63,711 bases of DNA, filler included, from Lama guanicoe (GCA_013239625.1; 212 parts of 212 records of this genome joined end to end with filler, not necessarily neighbours in it); one strand, 5' to 3'. Positions 11,940 through 24,581 are shown, counted from the whole stretch's first letter. Program-made: numbers and translations. The notes: generated from the sequence alone by a model not told the origin.

Positions 11940-14004
11940 NNNNNNNNNNNNNNNNNNNNNNNNNNNNNNNNNNNNNNNNNNNNTTAATTAATTAANNNNN
12001 NNNNNNNNNNNNNNNNNNNNNNNNNNNNNNNNNNNNNNNTCATGACTCGTTAATGTAAAAACTGCACACGACTAACTCTTCCCTAAGGCTCATCCATGCT
12101 TTGTATAAGTCTGAATGTGTCCCGTCAAAGCCTACGGTACAGATTATATGACAGGAACCACAGGTCGCTGACAAGGAGGCACGTTAGAGCGGTGTGTCCA
12201 AAAGCCACCGTAACACGACGGAGAGCCTGAGGGCCAGGGGNNNNNNNNNNNNNNNNNNNNNNNNNNNNNNNNNNNNNNNNNNNNTTAATTAATTAANNNN
12301 NNNNNNNNNNNNNNNNNNNNNNNNNNNNNNNNNNNNNNNNTATCTAATATTCATTCTGTATTCAGATTTCCCCAGTTCCCCACCCCCTAAAAAAACATCT
12401 TGACAGCATTCTGTCCAAACCAGGATCCGCTCCAGGGCCAGGGCTCGCATCTGGTAGTTTATGCCCCTTAAGTGTCTTCTGATTGGCGCAGGTCCCTTTT
12501 CTCCTAATACCTACCTGTTGTCCTGCCAGTCGTCCTGCAGANNNNNNNNNNNNNNNNNNNNNNNNNNNNNNNNNNNNNNNNNNNNTTAATTAATTAANNN
12601 NNNNNNNNNNNNNNNNNNNNNNNNNNNNNNNNNNNNNNNNNTTTTATATTGTCTGTGGTTTTTAAGAGAATAATGATAACCAAAATACCCAAAAAAAAAT
12701 ATATATATATATATCTTTTTTTCCCTTCTCTAAAATGATGACAACTTAAGGAAATCAGAAAAATACGTAAGAGATTTACATAAAAAAATATACTAGCATT
12801 CTCCATTAATTATGGCTTTTCACTGGAATGTTTCAGTTCAGTNNNNNNNNNNNNNNNNNNNNNNNNNNNNNNNNNNNNNNNNNNNNTTAATTAATTAANN
12901 NNNNNNNNNNNNNNNNNNNNNNNNNNNNNNNNNNNNNNNNNNTCCTCATGCAACAGTAGGCATGGAACTCCACGAGGCTGGGGACTGATTAGCTCGCTGG
13001 CCCTGGAGGTGGGGCGGCCCCTCTCCTCCTGCACGGGATTCTAAGGTACTCGGGTGCAGGGTGGGGTGAGTGCGCAGCCGGCGCCCTTGGGCATCTCTGT
13101 CCTGTTATCAGAGCTCCCTGCAGGGCCTTCTAAGTGGTTCAGCNNNNNNNNNNNNNNNNNNNNNNNNNNNNNNNNNNNNNNNNNNNNTTAATTAATTAAN
13201 NNNNNNNNNNNNNNNNNNNNNNNNNNNNNNNNNNNNNNNNNNNACACGTCATTCATCCATTTAAATGAATAGTTCCCAGCTCTAATTTCTACACACTATG
13301 GTCTCCCCAAAATAGCAGGCACCCACTGTCACTCAGACGATACTGATTCTAATCACAGGCTTCCTCTCTGCCCTTGGAAGAGGGGATTAAGGAGTGGGGC
13401 CCCACTGCACGAGTGCCTGTGGCCCAGACCATCGGCAAGGGTAGNNNNNNNNNNNNNNNNNNNNNNNNNNNNNNNNNNNNNNNNNNNNTTAATTAATTAA
13501 NNNNNNNNNNNNNNNNNNNNNNNNNNNNNNNNNNNNNNNNNNNNTAATTTTTCCTTAATATCTGAGTTTCTCATATGTAAAAACAAACATGTATATTTCA
13601 AATCACAATTTCTTTTTAGAGGAATTTAATGCCTCTTCTCCATTGTAAGTTGAATGAAATTTGTCCTTTGCGTTGTGTATGATTTGTGATACGAGGAAAA
13701 CTATGGCCACATTTTCACTTCTTTGGTATAAAATAATTTTAAGGANNNNNNNNNNNNNNNNNNNNNNNNNNNNNNNNNNNNNNNNNNNNTTAATTAATTA
13801 ANNNNNNNNNNNNNNNNNNNNNNNNNNNNNNNNNNNNNNNNNNNNTTTTAGAAGTATGGTGTCTGTAGTTACCTTACATCCTCCCTGTAGTTATACCCTG
13901 TAATTATACCCAGTAAATTCTTTATTAATCGTTGCTACTCTTCTATTTTTTCCTTTTTTTCTTGGAATTTAGCCCTTTTACACGTTACTGGAGGAGAGCA
14001 TTGC

Positions 14005-14046
14005 TTGTTTGTTTGCTTTTGAGGGGAAGTAATTCAGTTTATGTAT
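14005..14046 (-). mobile_element. Probable 3' tail of a camelid Vic-1-like SINE (antisense)
   Basis: gtttgtttgcttttgaggggaagtaattcagtttatgtat resembles the reverse complement of aaataaacctaattacctcccc. Confidence 0.45.
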
Positions 14047-14146
14047 NNNNNNNNNNNNNNNNNNNNNNNNNNNNNNNNNNNNNNNNNNNNTTAATTAATT
14101 AANNNNNNNNNNNNNNNNNNNNNNNNNNNNNNNNNNNNNNNNNNNN

Positions 14147-14290
14147 GGATGGGATTTTATTATTCACATTTTATCGATGAGCAAATTGAGGCTCAAGGTA
14201 TCAAGTGACCTTCCCAGGAAAAGGACAAATCATGAGTGGAAGAGAATGGCTTACACCCATCTCTTCTGGTTCTGAAACACGTGCTCTGCT
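14147..14290. mobile_element. MIR SINE fragment
   Basis: attattcacattttatcgatgagcaaattgaggctcaag..aagtgaccttcccagg matches the MIR core. Confidence 0.8.
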
Positions 14291-16253
14291 CCAAAAACAT
14301 CTCTGGGCTAATGACCATATCCTTTATCCATAATGTCTACTATATTTNNNNNNNNNNNNNNNNNNNNNNNNNNNNNNNNNNNNNNNNNNNNTTAATTAAT
14401 TAANNNNNNNNNNNNNNNNNNNNNNNNNNNNNNNNNNNNNNNNNNNNGGGTAAGGCTCATCATACATATAGAGATACATAAGGGAAACGAGGGGGGAAAA
14501 GCTGTCAGTTGGGAAATGGGGCAAGGCCAATATTAATATAATGGCTTAGTATTTTCTAGAATTGCTAAAAATTATTAAAGTCATGAAGGGCAATAAATCC
14601 AAAGCAAAGGAAAAAAGATTCACACCTTGACATATCAGGGACATTGCANNNNNNNNNNNNNNNNNNNNNNNNNNNNNNNNNNNNNNNNNNNNTTAATTAA
14701 TTAANNNNNNNNNNNNNNNNNNNNNNNNNNNNNNNNNNNNNNNNNNNNTACTTAAGTGGCTTTTATATCCCAGGAGACACACAATGTCACATATGCATCA
14801 TCAACATTACAGGAAATTGTTCCTGTCTGGGGTGTGACTGTGGAGAGCAAGTGGTGATACTTGTGAAATATGATTGCCTCTCAAAACCGCTTCACATAAC
14901 CCCCCACAACCCAGGTTTGCACTGACAATTAGGAAGTTCTTACTCAAAGNNNNNNNNNNNNNNNNNNNNNNNNNNNNNNNNNNNNNNNNNNNNTTAATTA
15001 ATTAANNNNNNNNNNNNNNNNNNNNNNNNNNNNNNNNNNNNNNNNNNNNCCCGCATCCTGCGTGCCTTTCACCTGCCTGGCTTTGTGGCCTTCCTGCCTT
15101 TCCTGGGAGCATGAGTGGCGGGGTCCTGGGTTTTGTCCTCAAACTCTCTGTCCCCAGAGTCTCCTGCATGCACACGTCCACTGAGCTGTACCCCCACCTC
15201 AGGCTCAGCACATTCTAAGTGTTGCTGATGGCTCCGTGCTGCATCTACCCNNNNNNNNNNNNNNNNNNNNNNNNNNNNNNNNNNNNNNNNNNNNTTAATT
15301 AATTAANNNNNNNNNNNNNNNNNNNNNNNNNNNNNNNNNNNNNNNNNNNNCCACTGCATGCAAGGATGCTGTACTCACAGCATCACGCTGGGCAGACAGG
15401 CAGACAGAGTGATGACAGATGACACGCGGTGGGTACGAAGCCACATCCCGCCTGGTGCTCACTTTCCGGGCGTCGCCCACCCCCGTTCCAGCCACTGGAA
15501 ATGTTTCTTTTTTCAACTGGGGACTGGGATTTTTCTGGCATCCCAGCCCAGNNNNNNNNNNNNNNNNNNNNNNNNNNNNNNNNNNNNNNNNNNNNTTAAT
15601 TAATTAANNNNNNNNNNNNNNNNNNNNNNNNNNNNNNNNNNNNNNNNNNNNGAGCACAGGCACCATTTTTTCTGTGTATCAGGACACCCAGCAATGCAGG
15701 GCCAGAGCAAGTGTTTGTTGAGTGGCTGTGTGACGGTACCAATGGCGTGCACAGGTGTGGGCCTGCAAACACAAAGGAGTGCTTGCCTGTGTGTCCTAGT
15801 GAACTCCCAGGTATAACACCTGCAGATGGGCTGAGACCCTGGTGGTGGGAGGNNNNNNNNNNNNNNNNNNNNNNNNNNNNNNNNNNNNNNNNNNNNTTAA
15901 TTAATTAANNNNNNNNNNNNNNNNNNNNNNNNNNNNNNNNNNNNNNNNNNNNAAGATGATCATTGTGAACTTTTTGTATATATATTTCCATGTTTTTAAA
16001 TGGTCTATATACAGAACTACCTAGATTTTTTAAAACAAAATAGAAATTGCATTAGGAATTGTGTTTTTTCCCTAGATGATTACAAAGCAAATACCAGATA
16101 ATTATATCATTTCTCCTGTACATATTTCAATATAAATCTCTAATAATGACTTTNNNNNNNNNNNNNNNNNNNNNNNNNNNNNNNNNNNNNNNNNNNNTTA
16201 ATTAATTAANNNNNNNNNNNNNNNNNNNNNNNNNNNNNNNNNNNNNNNNNNNN

Positions 16254-16454
16254 AGCTGTGCATTAGAGAAAGGGAGATGATGGCGACTTGCGTTAGAAAA
16301 GTCGCTATGTAATTGATGAGAAATGAACAAACTCAGGATGTGCAATGGGAAAAATGAGTCCACATTATTCGTTTTTCACTTCGATGTGCAAAGTAGTGGG
16401 GGTCGTGAAGTTCAGCTAAGCAACCAAATGAATGGTGGTGCCATTCATTGGGAT
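16254..16454 (-). repeat. Reverse-complement partner of 2409-2609
   Basis: Direct alignment with 7 substitutions. Confidence 0.95.
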
Positions 16455-16554
16455 NNNNNNNNNNNNNNNNNNNNNNNNNNNNNNNNNNNNNNNNNNNNTT
16501 AATTAATTAANNNNNNNNNNNNNNNNNNNNNNNNNNNNNNNNNNNNNNNNNNNN

Positions 16555-16755
16555 GAATGGATCAAAAAAGAAATTAAAAAAAGAAATAAAAAGTAATCTT
16601 GCGCCAAATAAAATGGAGACAATATACGAAAGCTTACAGGGTGCAGCAAAAACAGTGGAGATTTCATTAGCAGTCAATGCCTACATTAAGACAAAAGAAG
16701 GAGCTCAAAAAAAAAACACCTAATTTTACACCTCAAGAAACTAGAAGAAGAACAA
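16555..16755 (+). mobile_element. L1 ORF2 fragment downstream of the endonuclease domain
   Basis: tggatcaaaaaagaaattaaa...gcagcaaaaacagt...aatgcctacattaag...cacctcaagaaactagaagaagaacaa. Confidence 0.85.
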
Positions 16756-17457
16756 NNNNNNNNNNNNNNNNNNNNNNNNNNNNNNNNNNNNNNNNNNNNT
16801 TAATTAATTAANNNNNNNNNNNNNNNNNNNNNNNNNNNNNNNNNNNNNNNNNNNNAGCTAGTGGCACTTTAAGCAGATGTCCCTCCTCTGGGGGAAAAAA
16901 ACTTGGGAAAAAATAAAGCCTGTGCTTTTCTTAAATATATTTTAGATAATGTCTTTTTTTTCAGCACCCACAGATATGACTCATCATTAGGAGAAGAGAA
17001 AGGTACTCATAGAAACCAAATTAGGAAAAGAATGTGAATTCTTGTGAATAAATGTANNNNNNNNNNNNNNNNNNNNNNNNNNNNNNNNNNNNNNNNNNNN
17101 TTAATTAATTAANNNNNNNNNNNNNNNNNNNNNNNNNNNNNNNNNNNNNNNNNNNNACACATGCATGTGTTTTTTGATCAAATATGTGAAAGAAAATATT
17201 TTCTTTCCAGGAAAGTTCACAAGCCACAAGATCCTGGGCAGGGGCACCAAGGGCAGAGTGGGGGGATTATTTATCTTTTAACAATGATATGACAGAAGTC
17301 TGTCCTCGCACTGAAAAAGCATAAATAACAATCATGAGTTTCTTTAAGACTGTACATNNNNNNNNNNNNNNNNNNNNNNNNNNNNNNNNNNNNNNNNNNN
17401 NTTAATTAATTAANNNNNNNNNNNNNNNNNNNNNNNNNNNNNNNNNNNNNNNNNNNN

Positions 17458-17658
17458 CCCTCGCCCGCCCCCACCCCGGCTCCGCCCCTCGGCCGGTGGC
17501 CCCCAGGGCGACAGTGGGAGGAGCGCGGAGGCGGCGGCTGGAACCGAGCAGCGCACGGGAGCGCGCCCCGCAGCCTGCTTCCCGGCCTCAGGTCAGAGCC
17601 CGCCGTGCAGTCCGCGGTGAGTACTACGTGGCCCGACCGACGTCCCCGGACCGGATGG
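17458..17658 (+). promoter_or_regulatory. CpG-island promoter / first exon with GC boxes and donor GTGAGT at 17617
   Basis: CCGCCC boxes and CACCC at the 5' end, very high CpG density, and GCG|GTGAGT. Confidence 0.65.
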
Positions 17659-18962
17659 NNNNNNNNNNNNNNNNNNNNNNNNNNNNNNNNNNNNNNNNNN
17701 NNTTAATTAATTAANNNNNNNNNNNNNNNNNNNNNNNNNNNNNNNNNNNNNNNNNNNNGCTCATACCTGGTCCCGGGTGCCAGGCTGAACGTCACTTCGC
17801 AAGTCTGCAGGCTGACCTGGGCAGGCCGGCCACTCCTCTGGGCGTCTTAACTCCCAGCCGACGGCTCCACCAGCATTGACCTCTGTGTCGTACCGCCCTT
17901 CAGTGCCGCCGCTGGAAGACAAAGGGCGGAACGGCTTCTTTGGAAACGTGCAGTGCTGCNNNNNNNNNNNNNNNNNNNNNNNNNNNNNNNNNNNNNNNNN
18001 NNNTTAATTAATTAANNNNNNNNNNNNNNNNNNNNNNNNNNNNNNNNNNNNNNNNNNNNATTGATCCACATTTCCTAAGAGGTACCCATGGAAGGGTTGA
18101 TAGAATAAAGCAGATGGATGGGAAATTTGAGTGGTCACAGGTGAGAAGTTCAAAGCAGGCAACAAAGAAACGAAGCATGTGATCAAGGCCCAGGGAGATA
18201 ATATGGCAGAAGAAAGACCCTCTTTATGCATAGCAGTTGTTTAGGATGCAACACAATAGTNNNNNNNNNNNNNNNNNNNNNNNNNNNNNNNNNNNNNNNN
18301 NNNNTTAATTAATTAANNNNNNNNNNNNNNNNNNNNNNNNNNNNNNNNNNNNNNNNNNNNAATTTGGATCTCTTTTATTTTGCTACCCAGAGAGTTGAAA
18401 CAGACTGAATGAAGACTTTGAAGCCTGTTTGACCACTTGGCTGTGTGAAGAACCGTGTCAACACAACCCTGTAGCTAAGTTGCTAGAACAAATGCAATAG
18501 GACACTTGGAGAGGGGAAAAGAAATCTCATAGGTGGCAAGTCTAAATAACAAACTAAGAAANNNNNNNNNNNNNNNNNNNNNNNNNNNNNNNNNNNNNNN
18601 NNNNNTTAATTAATTAANNNNNNNNNNNNNNNNNNNNNNNNNNNNNNNNNNNNNNNNNNNNTCAGGAGAGGTGCTGACGGGCTGATTCTGCCAGCCGGCG
18701 TGGACGTGAGGGTCGCACAGAGCCCGGGAATGCGCAGGGCGACCCCCGGCAGCAGCAGATTTGGACGCCGAGTCATGGAAGCCTGGGGCCGGGGTGCCAG
18801 GCGCGTGCTTCCGGAGACCTGGGAGGCCGTGGTTCCGACGTCAGCCCGGCAGGCCACCACGANNNNNNNNNNNNNNNNNNNNNNNNNNNNNNNNNNNNNN
18901 NNNNNNTTAATTAATTAANNNNNNNNNNNNNNNNNNNNNNNNNNNNNNNNNNNNNNNNNNNN

Positions 18963-19092
18963 AGAAATTCTTCAAATTTTAGAATTCTAATTTTAATTCT
19001 AAAATTTTAGAATTTTAGATAAATTAATTAAATTAATTTAGATTAATTAAAATTTTAGAATTTTAAATTAAATTTAGAATTCTAAAATTAAA
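18963..19092. repeat. AT-rich low-complexity region with nested palindromes
   Basis: 20-bp palindrome at 18995-19014; 16-bp inverted repeats at 18975-18990 and 19074-19089. Confidence 0.85.
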
Positions 19093-19263
19093 TGATTTTC
19101 CATTAATTTCTAACTGGAGGGGTGGTGGAATGCTAACATCATTTCAAATTTTCTGAATATTATNNNNNNNNNNNNNNNNNNNNNNNNNNNNNNNNNNNNN
19201 NNNNNNNTTAATTAATTAANNNNNNNNNNNNNNNNNNNNNNNNNNNNNNNNNNNNNNNNNNNN

Positions 19264-19464
19264 TACTACATTCTATATTCTGTATCCTTTATTCTGTATT
19301 CAATATTCTGTGCTCTACATTCTATATTCTACATTTTGTAGTCTGTATTCTGTATACTTTTTTCAATATTATGTGTTCTACATTCTATATTCTACATTGT
19401 ATATTCTGTATTCTCTACTTTCATTATGAATTCTCTGTTCTGAATTCCAAGTTCTATATTCTGG
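19264..19464 (+). repeat. Degenerate ~7-bp tandem satellite (ATTCTAT/ATTCTGT/ATTCTAC)
   Basis: Periodic attct-rN units fill the whole fragment. Confidence 0.9.
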
Positions 19465-20166
19465 NNNNNNNNNNNNNNNNNNNNNNNNNNNNNNNNNNNN
19501 NNNNNNNNTTAATTAATTAANNNNNNNNNNNNNNNNNNNNNNNNNNNNNNNNNNNNNNNNNNNNCTCAGCGATCATCTCGTTCTTCCTTGTATACAAGGT
19601 GCATACATTTTTTCCCTCACTAGAATTCAGATTCTTCTGACTATGGATGTTTCATCTTTGATCCCTAAAATGGTTAACATTCGAGGAGTTTTTGGTGAGG
19701 TGAATTGTGGCCATCCCCATTGGAATCCTTCAGGCTTCTTTCTGGTAAATATTCAGGATGTCCCTNNNNNNNNNNNNNNNNNNNNNNNNNNNNNNNNNNN
19801 NNNNNNNNNTTAATTAATTAANNNNNNNNNNNNNNNNNNNNNNNNNNNNNNNNNNNNNNNNNNNNGTTGCTTTTACTATTCCACAGTCATTAATTTTTAA
19901 AGCAATGCTTTGGTGCAGGAGCAGAGCCTAATTCACTCATGTTACTCTTGGTGGGAGTGAGAAAAATTGTCCAGCTTGAAATGTGACCACATTTAGTAGC
20001 TCAAAAGCTGTCTACATGCATCTAGGTGGAGTTTTGGTTTGGGGCGCTGACCACGTTGGGGTCCCCNNNNNNNNNNNNNNNNNNNNNNNNNNNNNNNNNN
20101 NNNNNNNNNNTTAATTAATTAANNNNNNNNNNNNNNNNNNNNNNNNNNNNNNNNNNNNNNNNNNNN

Positions 20167-20367
20167 CAATAGAAATAAAAGCAAAAATAAACAAATGGGA
20201 CCTAATTAAACTTAGCTTTTGCACAGCAAAGAAAACCATAAGCAAAACAAAAAGATAATGTACAGACTGGGAAAAAATATTTGCAAAAGATGAGACTGAC
20301 AAGGGCTTACTCTCCAGAATATATAAACAGCTCATACAACTTAATAACAACAAAAAAACAAACAACC
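20167..20367 (+). mobile_element. L1 ORF2 C-terminal region fragment
   Basis: aaaataaacaaatgggacctaattaaactt (KINKWDLIKL)...tgggaaaaaatatttgca (WEKIFA). Confidence 0.95.
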
Positions 20368-20467
20368 NNNNNNNNNNNNNNNNNNNNNNNNNNNNNNNNN
20401 NNNNNNNNNNNTTAATTAATTAANNNNNNNNNNNNNNNNNNNNNNNNNNNNNNNNNNNNNNNNNNNN

Positions 20468-20563
20468 AAAAAAATTCTGTAACTATGTATAATGATGAAT
20501 GTTAACTATATTTATTGTGTGATCATTTTGCAATATATATAAATATCAAATCATTATGTTGTA
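20468..20563 (+). mobile_element. Older L1MA-type 3' UTR end
   Basis: tgtaactatgtataatgatgaatgttaacta...gatcattttgcaatatatataaatatcaaatcattatgttgtac. Confidence 0.8.
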
Positions 20564-20668
20564 CAAAACTACAATGAGATATCACCTCACAACAGCTAGA
20601 ATGGTCATCATGAAAAAGTCTACAAACAATGAATGCTGGAGAGGGTGTGGAGAAAAGGCAACCCTCCT
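20564..20668 (+). mobile_element. L1 ORF2 Cys-rich region fragment (5'-truncated insertion)
   Basis: KTTMRYHLTTARMVIMKKSTNNECWRGCGEKATL. Confidence 0.9.
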
Positions 20669-20859
20669 NNNNNNNNNNNNNNNNNNNNNNNNNNNNNNNN
20701 NNNNNNNNNNNNTTAATTAATTAANNNNNNNNNNNNNNNNNNNNNNNNNNNNNNNNNNNNNNNNNNNNACACATTTGCATGAAGAAGGAGGCTGGGGACA
20801 GGGTGGGACATGGGATTTTGGTTGGGGGAATATTAAAGTTATGGCATCTTCTACCATTC

Positions 20860-20969
20860 CAGGGGAGACATAGAGTGGGCAGATGAATTATGAGTCTGGA
20901 GCTTAGAGATGGGGGCTAGAGATCTAACACAGCATTTAAAATACATCACTGTAGAGGGTATTTGAAACC
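20860..20969 (-). mobile_element. LINE-2 fragment
   Basis: gggcagatgaattatgagtctggagcttagag..gggctagagat. Confidence 0.55.
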
Positions 20970-21069
20970 NNNNNNNNNNNNNNNNNNNNNNNNNNNNNNN
21001 NNNNNNNNNNNNNTTAATTAATTAANNNNNNNNNNNNNNNNNNNNNNNNNNNNNNNNNNNNNNNNNNNN

Positions 21070-21270
21070 GATTGTTCACTGTTAATGTATAGAAAAGCAA
21101 CTGACTTGTGTGTTGACATTGTATCCTGCTACTTTCTGAATTTAATTCCAACAGTTTGTGTGTGTGTGTATCTGTGTGTGTGTAATCTTCAGGGTTTTCT
21201 ACATACGAAATAATCATCTGAAAACAGGAATAATTTTACATCTTCCTTTCCTGTTTGGATGCCTTTTATT
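21070..21270 (-). mobile_element. L1 ORF2 reverse-transcriptase fragment interrupted by (CA)n
   Basis: The antisense strand reads like IGKEDVKLFLFSDD..YVENPED, a degenerate FADDMILYIENPKD region; microsatellite at about 21157-21183. Confidence 0.85.
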
Positions 21271-23189
21271 NNNNNNNNNNNNNNNNNNNNNNNNNNNNNN
21301 NNNNNNNNNNNNNNTTAATTAATTAANNNNNNNNNNNNNNNNNNNNNNNNNNNNNNNNNNNNNNNNNNNNTCGCAGAATAAGTAAATTAACCTGAAAACG
21401 GTTGCCAAAAAGCAGGTCTAAATCATGATATAATGTTCAAACTTAATTTATAACTTAAAAAATATCTTAATAAAGCACTTTCATCAACGAGAGGATATCA
21501 TGAAGCAGATAAACAAGAATTCAGAGATTTGATGACCAGTTGAAGGAAGAGGCAATGTCAGACAACAGAAANNNNNNNNNNNNNNNNNNNNNNNNNNNNN
21601 NNNNNNNNNNNNNNNTTAATTAATTAANNNNNNNNNNNNNNNNNNNNNNNNNNNNNNNNNNNNNNNNNNNNTAACCTACTCAATAAAGGGAAGGGAGAAG
21701 TAAAAGAGGGGGGATAAGCATGCAGAATCAATAGAAGAGGCTACTCTTAGTTATAAGAATATATAAATGAATATAAAATAAGAGAGCCTGGAGAGCAAAA
21801 TTAAAATGTGGTCGTACCACAAGATTAACAGCATTTAGCCACCTAAGAAGTAGCATGCTTGTTGAGAAGCATNNNNNNNNNNNNNNNNNNNNNNNNNNNN
21901 NNNNNNNNNNNNNNNNTTAATTAATTAANNNNNNNNNNNNNNNNNNNNNNNNNNNNNNNNNNNNNNNNNNNNAGGATCAGGAAGACGAAGACTGCTTTTT
22001 CTAATAATCGTGCAAGGCCACGCTTATGTTTTCCATTAGAAGGAGGGGCATCCAGTTCCTGGGCAAGGTCAAAACTGACAGTCTCTCTCACTGCTTGGCG
22101 TTACACTCACTGGGGATCTGTTATGGCCTCCTCTGAGGGCTGTGGAAGGTGTTGCAATGACACTGCCTGCTGCNNNNNNNNNNNNNNNNNNNNNNNNNNN
22201 NNNNNNNNNNNNNNNNNTTAATTAATTAANNNNNNNNNNNNNNNNNNNNNNNNNNNNNNNNNNNNNNNNNNNNCCACTAACATTCGGCAGCAAGCACCTT
22301 GCTCTGTGCAACAGCTGGGAGCTGGGATGGTCACAGGTGTCAGGACTCACGGTGGCTTCGGCTTAGAACACACCAGGGGTGTGTATCTAAGTATCTCGGG
22401 GCTCCTCAGAGAGGTGAGAGCCCCAGCCTGGCTTCCCATTTGGAAGACATCAAGCCACAGGGGTGGCCCTGGGANNNNNNNNNNNNNNNNNNNNNNNNNN
22501 NNNNNNNNNNNNNNNNNNTTAATTAATTAANNNNNNNNNNNNNNNNNNNNNNNNNNNNNNNNNNNNNNNNNNNNTTGAAGTTAGTGTCGCCCAAGGGCCA
22601 CGGCAGAGGGCTTTGTTTTCACTCAGCCCCCAGGGTCACAGGCTTAAGAAGGACTGTCTGCATCTTCTGCTCTGGCATCTGAAGAGACAATTCTCTGGTT
22701 GGTATAAGAGGCAGGTTTCTTACGTGTTAGCTGTGTTCCTGAAGCATTGGTGATCACAGTCACCATGGCCTGTGANNNNNNNNNNNNNNNNNNNNNNNNN
22801 NNNNNNNNNNNNNNNNNNNTTAATTAATTAANNNNNNNNNNNNNNNNNNNNNNNNNNNNNNNNNNNNNNNNNNNNGTGTCCAAGGAGAAATTGGTTCTAA
22901 GTGCATTACTTTTGCATTTTGTTCAGACATGTCACTTAGGGAGTGTGTGTGTTCTCCCTGTTGAAAAAGGGAGCCGACCAGCTCACAGGGTGTGAAAGGG
23001 GGCCTGGGAGCCGAGTGGGGGCGCGCGCGTGGCCTCTGCCGGGACCTCGCATTTTCACAGCCACCTCCAACTAGGANNNNNNNNNNNNNNNNNNNNNNNN
23101 NNNNNNNNNNNNNNNNNNNNTTAATTAATTAANNNNNNNNNNNNNNNNNNNNNNNNNNNNNNNNNNNNNNNNNNNNGAGCCCCAAGAGG

Positions 23190-23328
23190 TGGCTGAGCAA
23201 CAAAGTAGAAGGAGCCTGGGTGCCCACCCTGGACCACCTCCCAGGACCAGAAATGCATCTCTGCTTTACTGAAGCAATAGTGTTTTCCACACCGTTACAG
23301 CAGCCTAGTCTGTCCTCTAGCTAATACG
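23190..23328 (+). mobile_element. MaLR MLT1 LTR 3' part
   Basis: agcaacaaagtagaaggagcctggg...gttacagcagccta...ctaatac. Confidence 0.6.
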
Positions 23329-24380
23329 GCCGCCCCTGTGCTGACACAGCGAGCTTTGTATCCCCAGCCTCTCAGCTNNNNNNNNNNNNNNNNNNNNNNN
23401 NNNNNNNNNNNNNNNNNNNNNTTAATTAATTAANNNNNNNNNNNNNNNNNNNNNNNNNNNNNNNNNNNNNNNNNNNNCAGGGCTTCCTGGATGTGGACTG
23501 GGAATGTGGGGGCTGGGGAAGGGGGTAGGAGTTAGGAGGAAGGCCTGTTCCACTGGAGAAATACCCGAGAAGGCCCCACCCCAGAGACACAGACTCACGT
23601 AAACACTGAAGTCTGATCATAATCCCCACCCCCAGCACCTCACCCCAAACCAAAAGGGGCCCCGTGTGAGAGCAGTGGNNNNNNNNNNNNNNNNNNNNNN
23701 NNNNNNNNNNNNNNNNNNNNNNTTAATTAATTAANNNNNNNNNNNNNNNNNNNNNNNNNNNNNNNNNNNNNNNNNNNNGATACTGATTAAAAACCTATTC
23801 AGCACAAAAGAAATCAGAGCCAAGAGACAGAAACATACAGGTTTCCTGATGACGTCGTTTTAGCAGCTAGGTCCATGTACTTCTTAAGTGAATGCAGTAT
23901 CTAGTCTTTTCAGTTCTGTAACGAACCGGGTCCTCCTCTCTCTGCAGCACCGAGAGCCAACAGTAATACACCCTGTTCTNNNNNNNNNNNNNNNNNNNNN
24001 NNNNNNNNNNNNNNNNNNNNNNNTTAATTAATTAANNNNNNNNNNNNNNNNNNNNNNNNNNNNNNNNNNNNNNNNNNNNTTAATAAAAAATAAAATATTT
24101 TAAAATAAATAAATAAAGTATGTCATTTGTAAGCAGTGTATAATAGGGTTTCAGTTATTTATCCAGTCTGACAAACTCAGTCTTTCACTTGGAGTATTTA
24201 GTCCATTTACATGAAATGTAATTACTTATAAAAATGGATTTATATTTGCCATCTTGCTCCTTGCTTTCAATTTGACTTCCNNNNNNNNNNNNNNNNNNNN
24301 NNNNNNNNNNNNNNNNNNNNNNNNTTAATTAATTAANNNNNNNNNNNNNNNNNNNNNNNNNNNNNNNNNNNNNNNNNNNN

Positions 24381-24581
24381 TGAATATAGAATTGAGAATA
24401 CTAAATATAGAAATTAGAATATTGAATGTAGAACACAGAATATACAATATTGAATACAAAATGCAGAATATATTATTCAGATTATAGAATTTAGAACACA
24501 GAATGTGAAATATGGAAACAGAATACAGAATTCCGAAATACGAACATGTTATGCAGAACACAGAATTTAGAATATAGAATA
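24381..24581 (-). repeat. Same ~7-bp satellite as 19264-19464, opposite strand
   Basis: Units atagaat/acagaat/gtagaac are the reverse complements of attctat/attctgt/gttctac. Confidence 0.9.

Noticed and set aside
18662..18862. GC-rich fragment with long open frames on both strands
   Set aside because: High GC suppresses stop codons, and neither translation resembles a known protein.
19043..19050. Internal TTAATTAA resembling the linker
   Set aside because: It is part of a natural AT-rich palindromic tract, is not flanked by Ns, and is not the full 12-mer.
20773..20780. Octamer ATTTGCAT as a possible Ig promoter
   Set aside because: No TATA box or leader exon follows, and the downstream sequence is L2-like.
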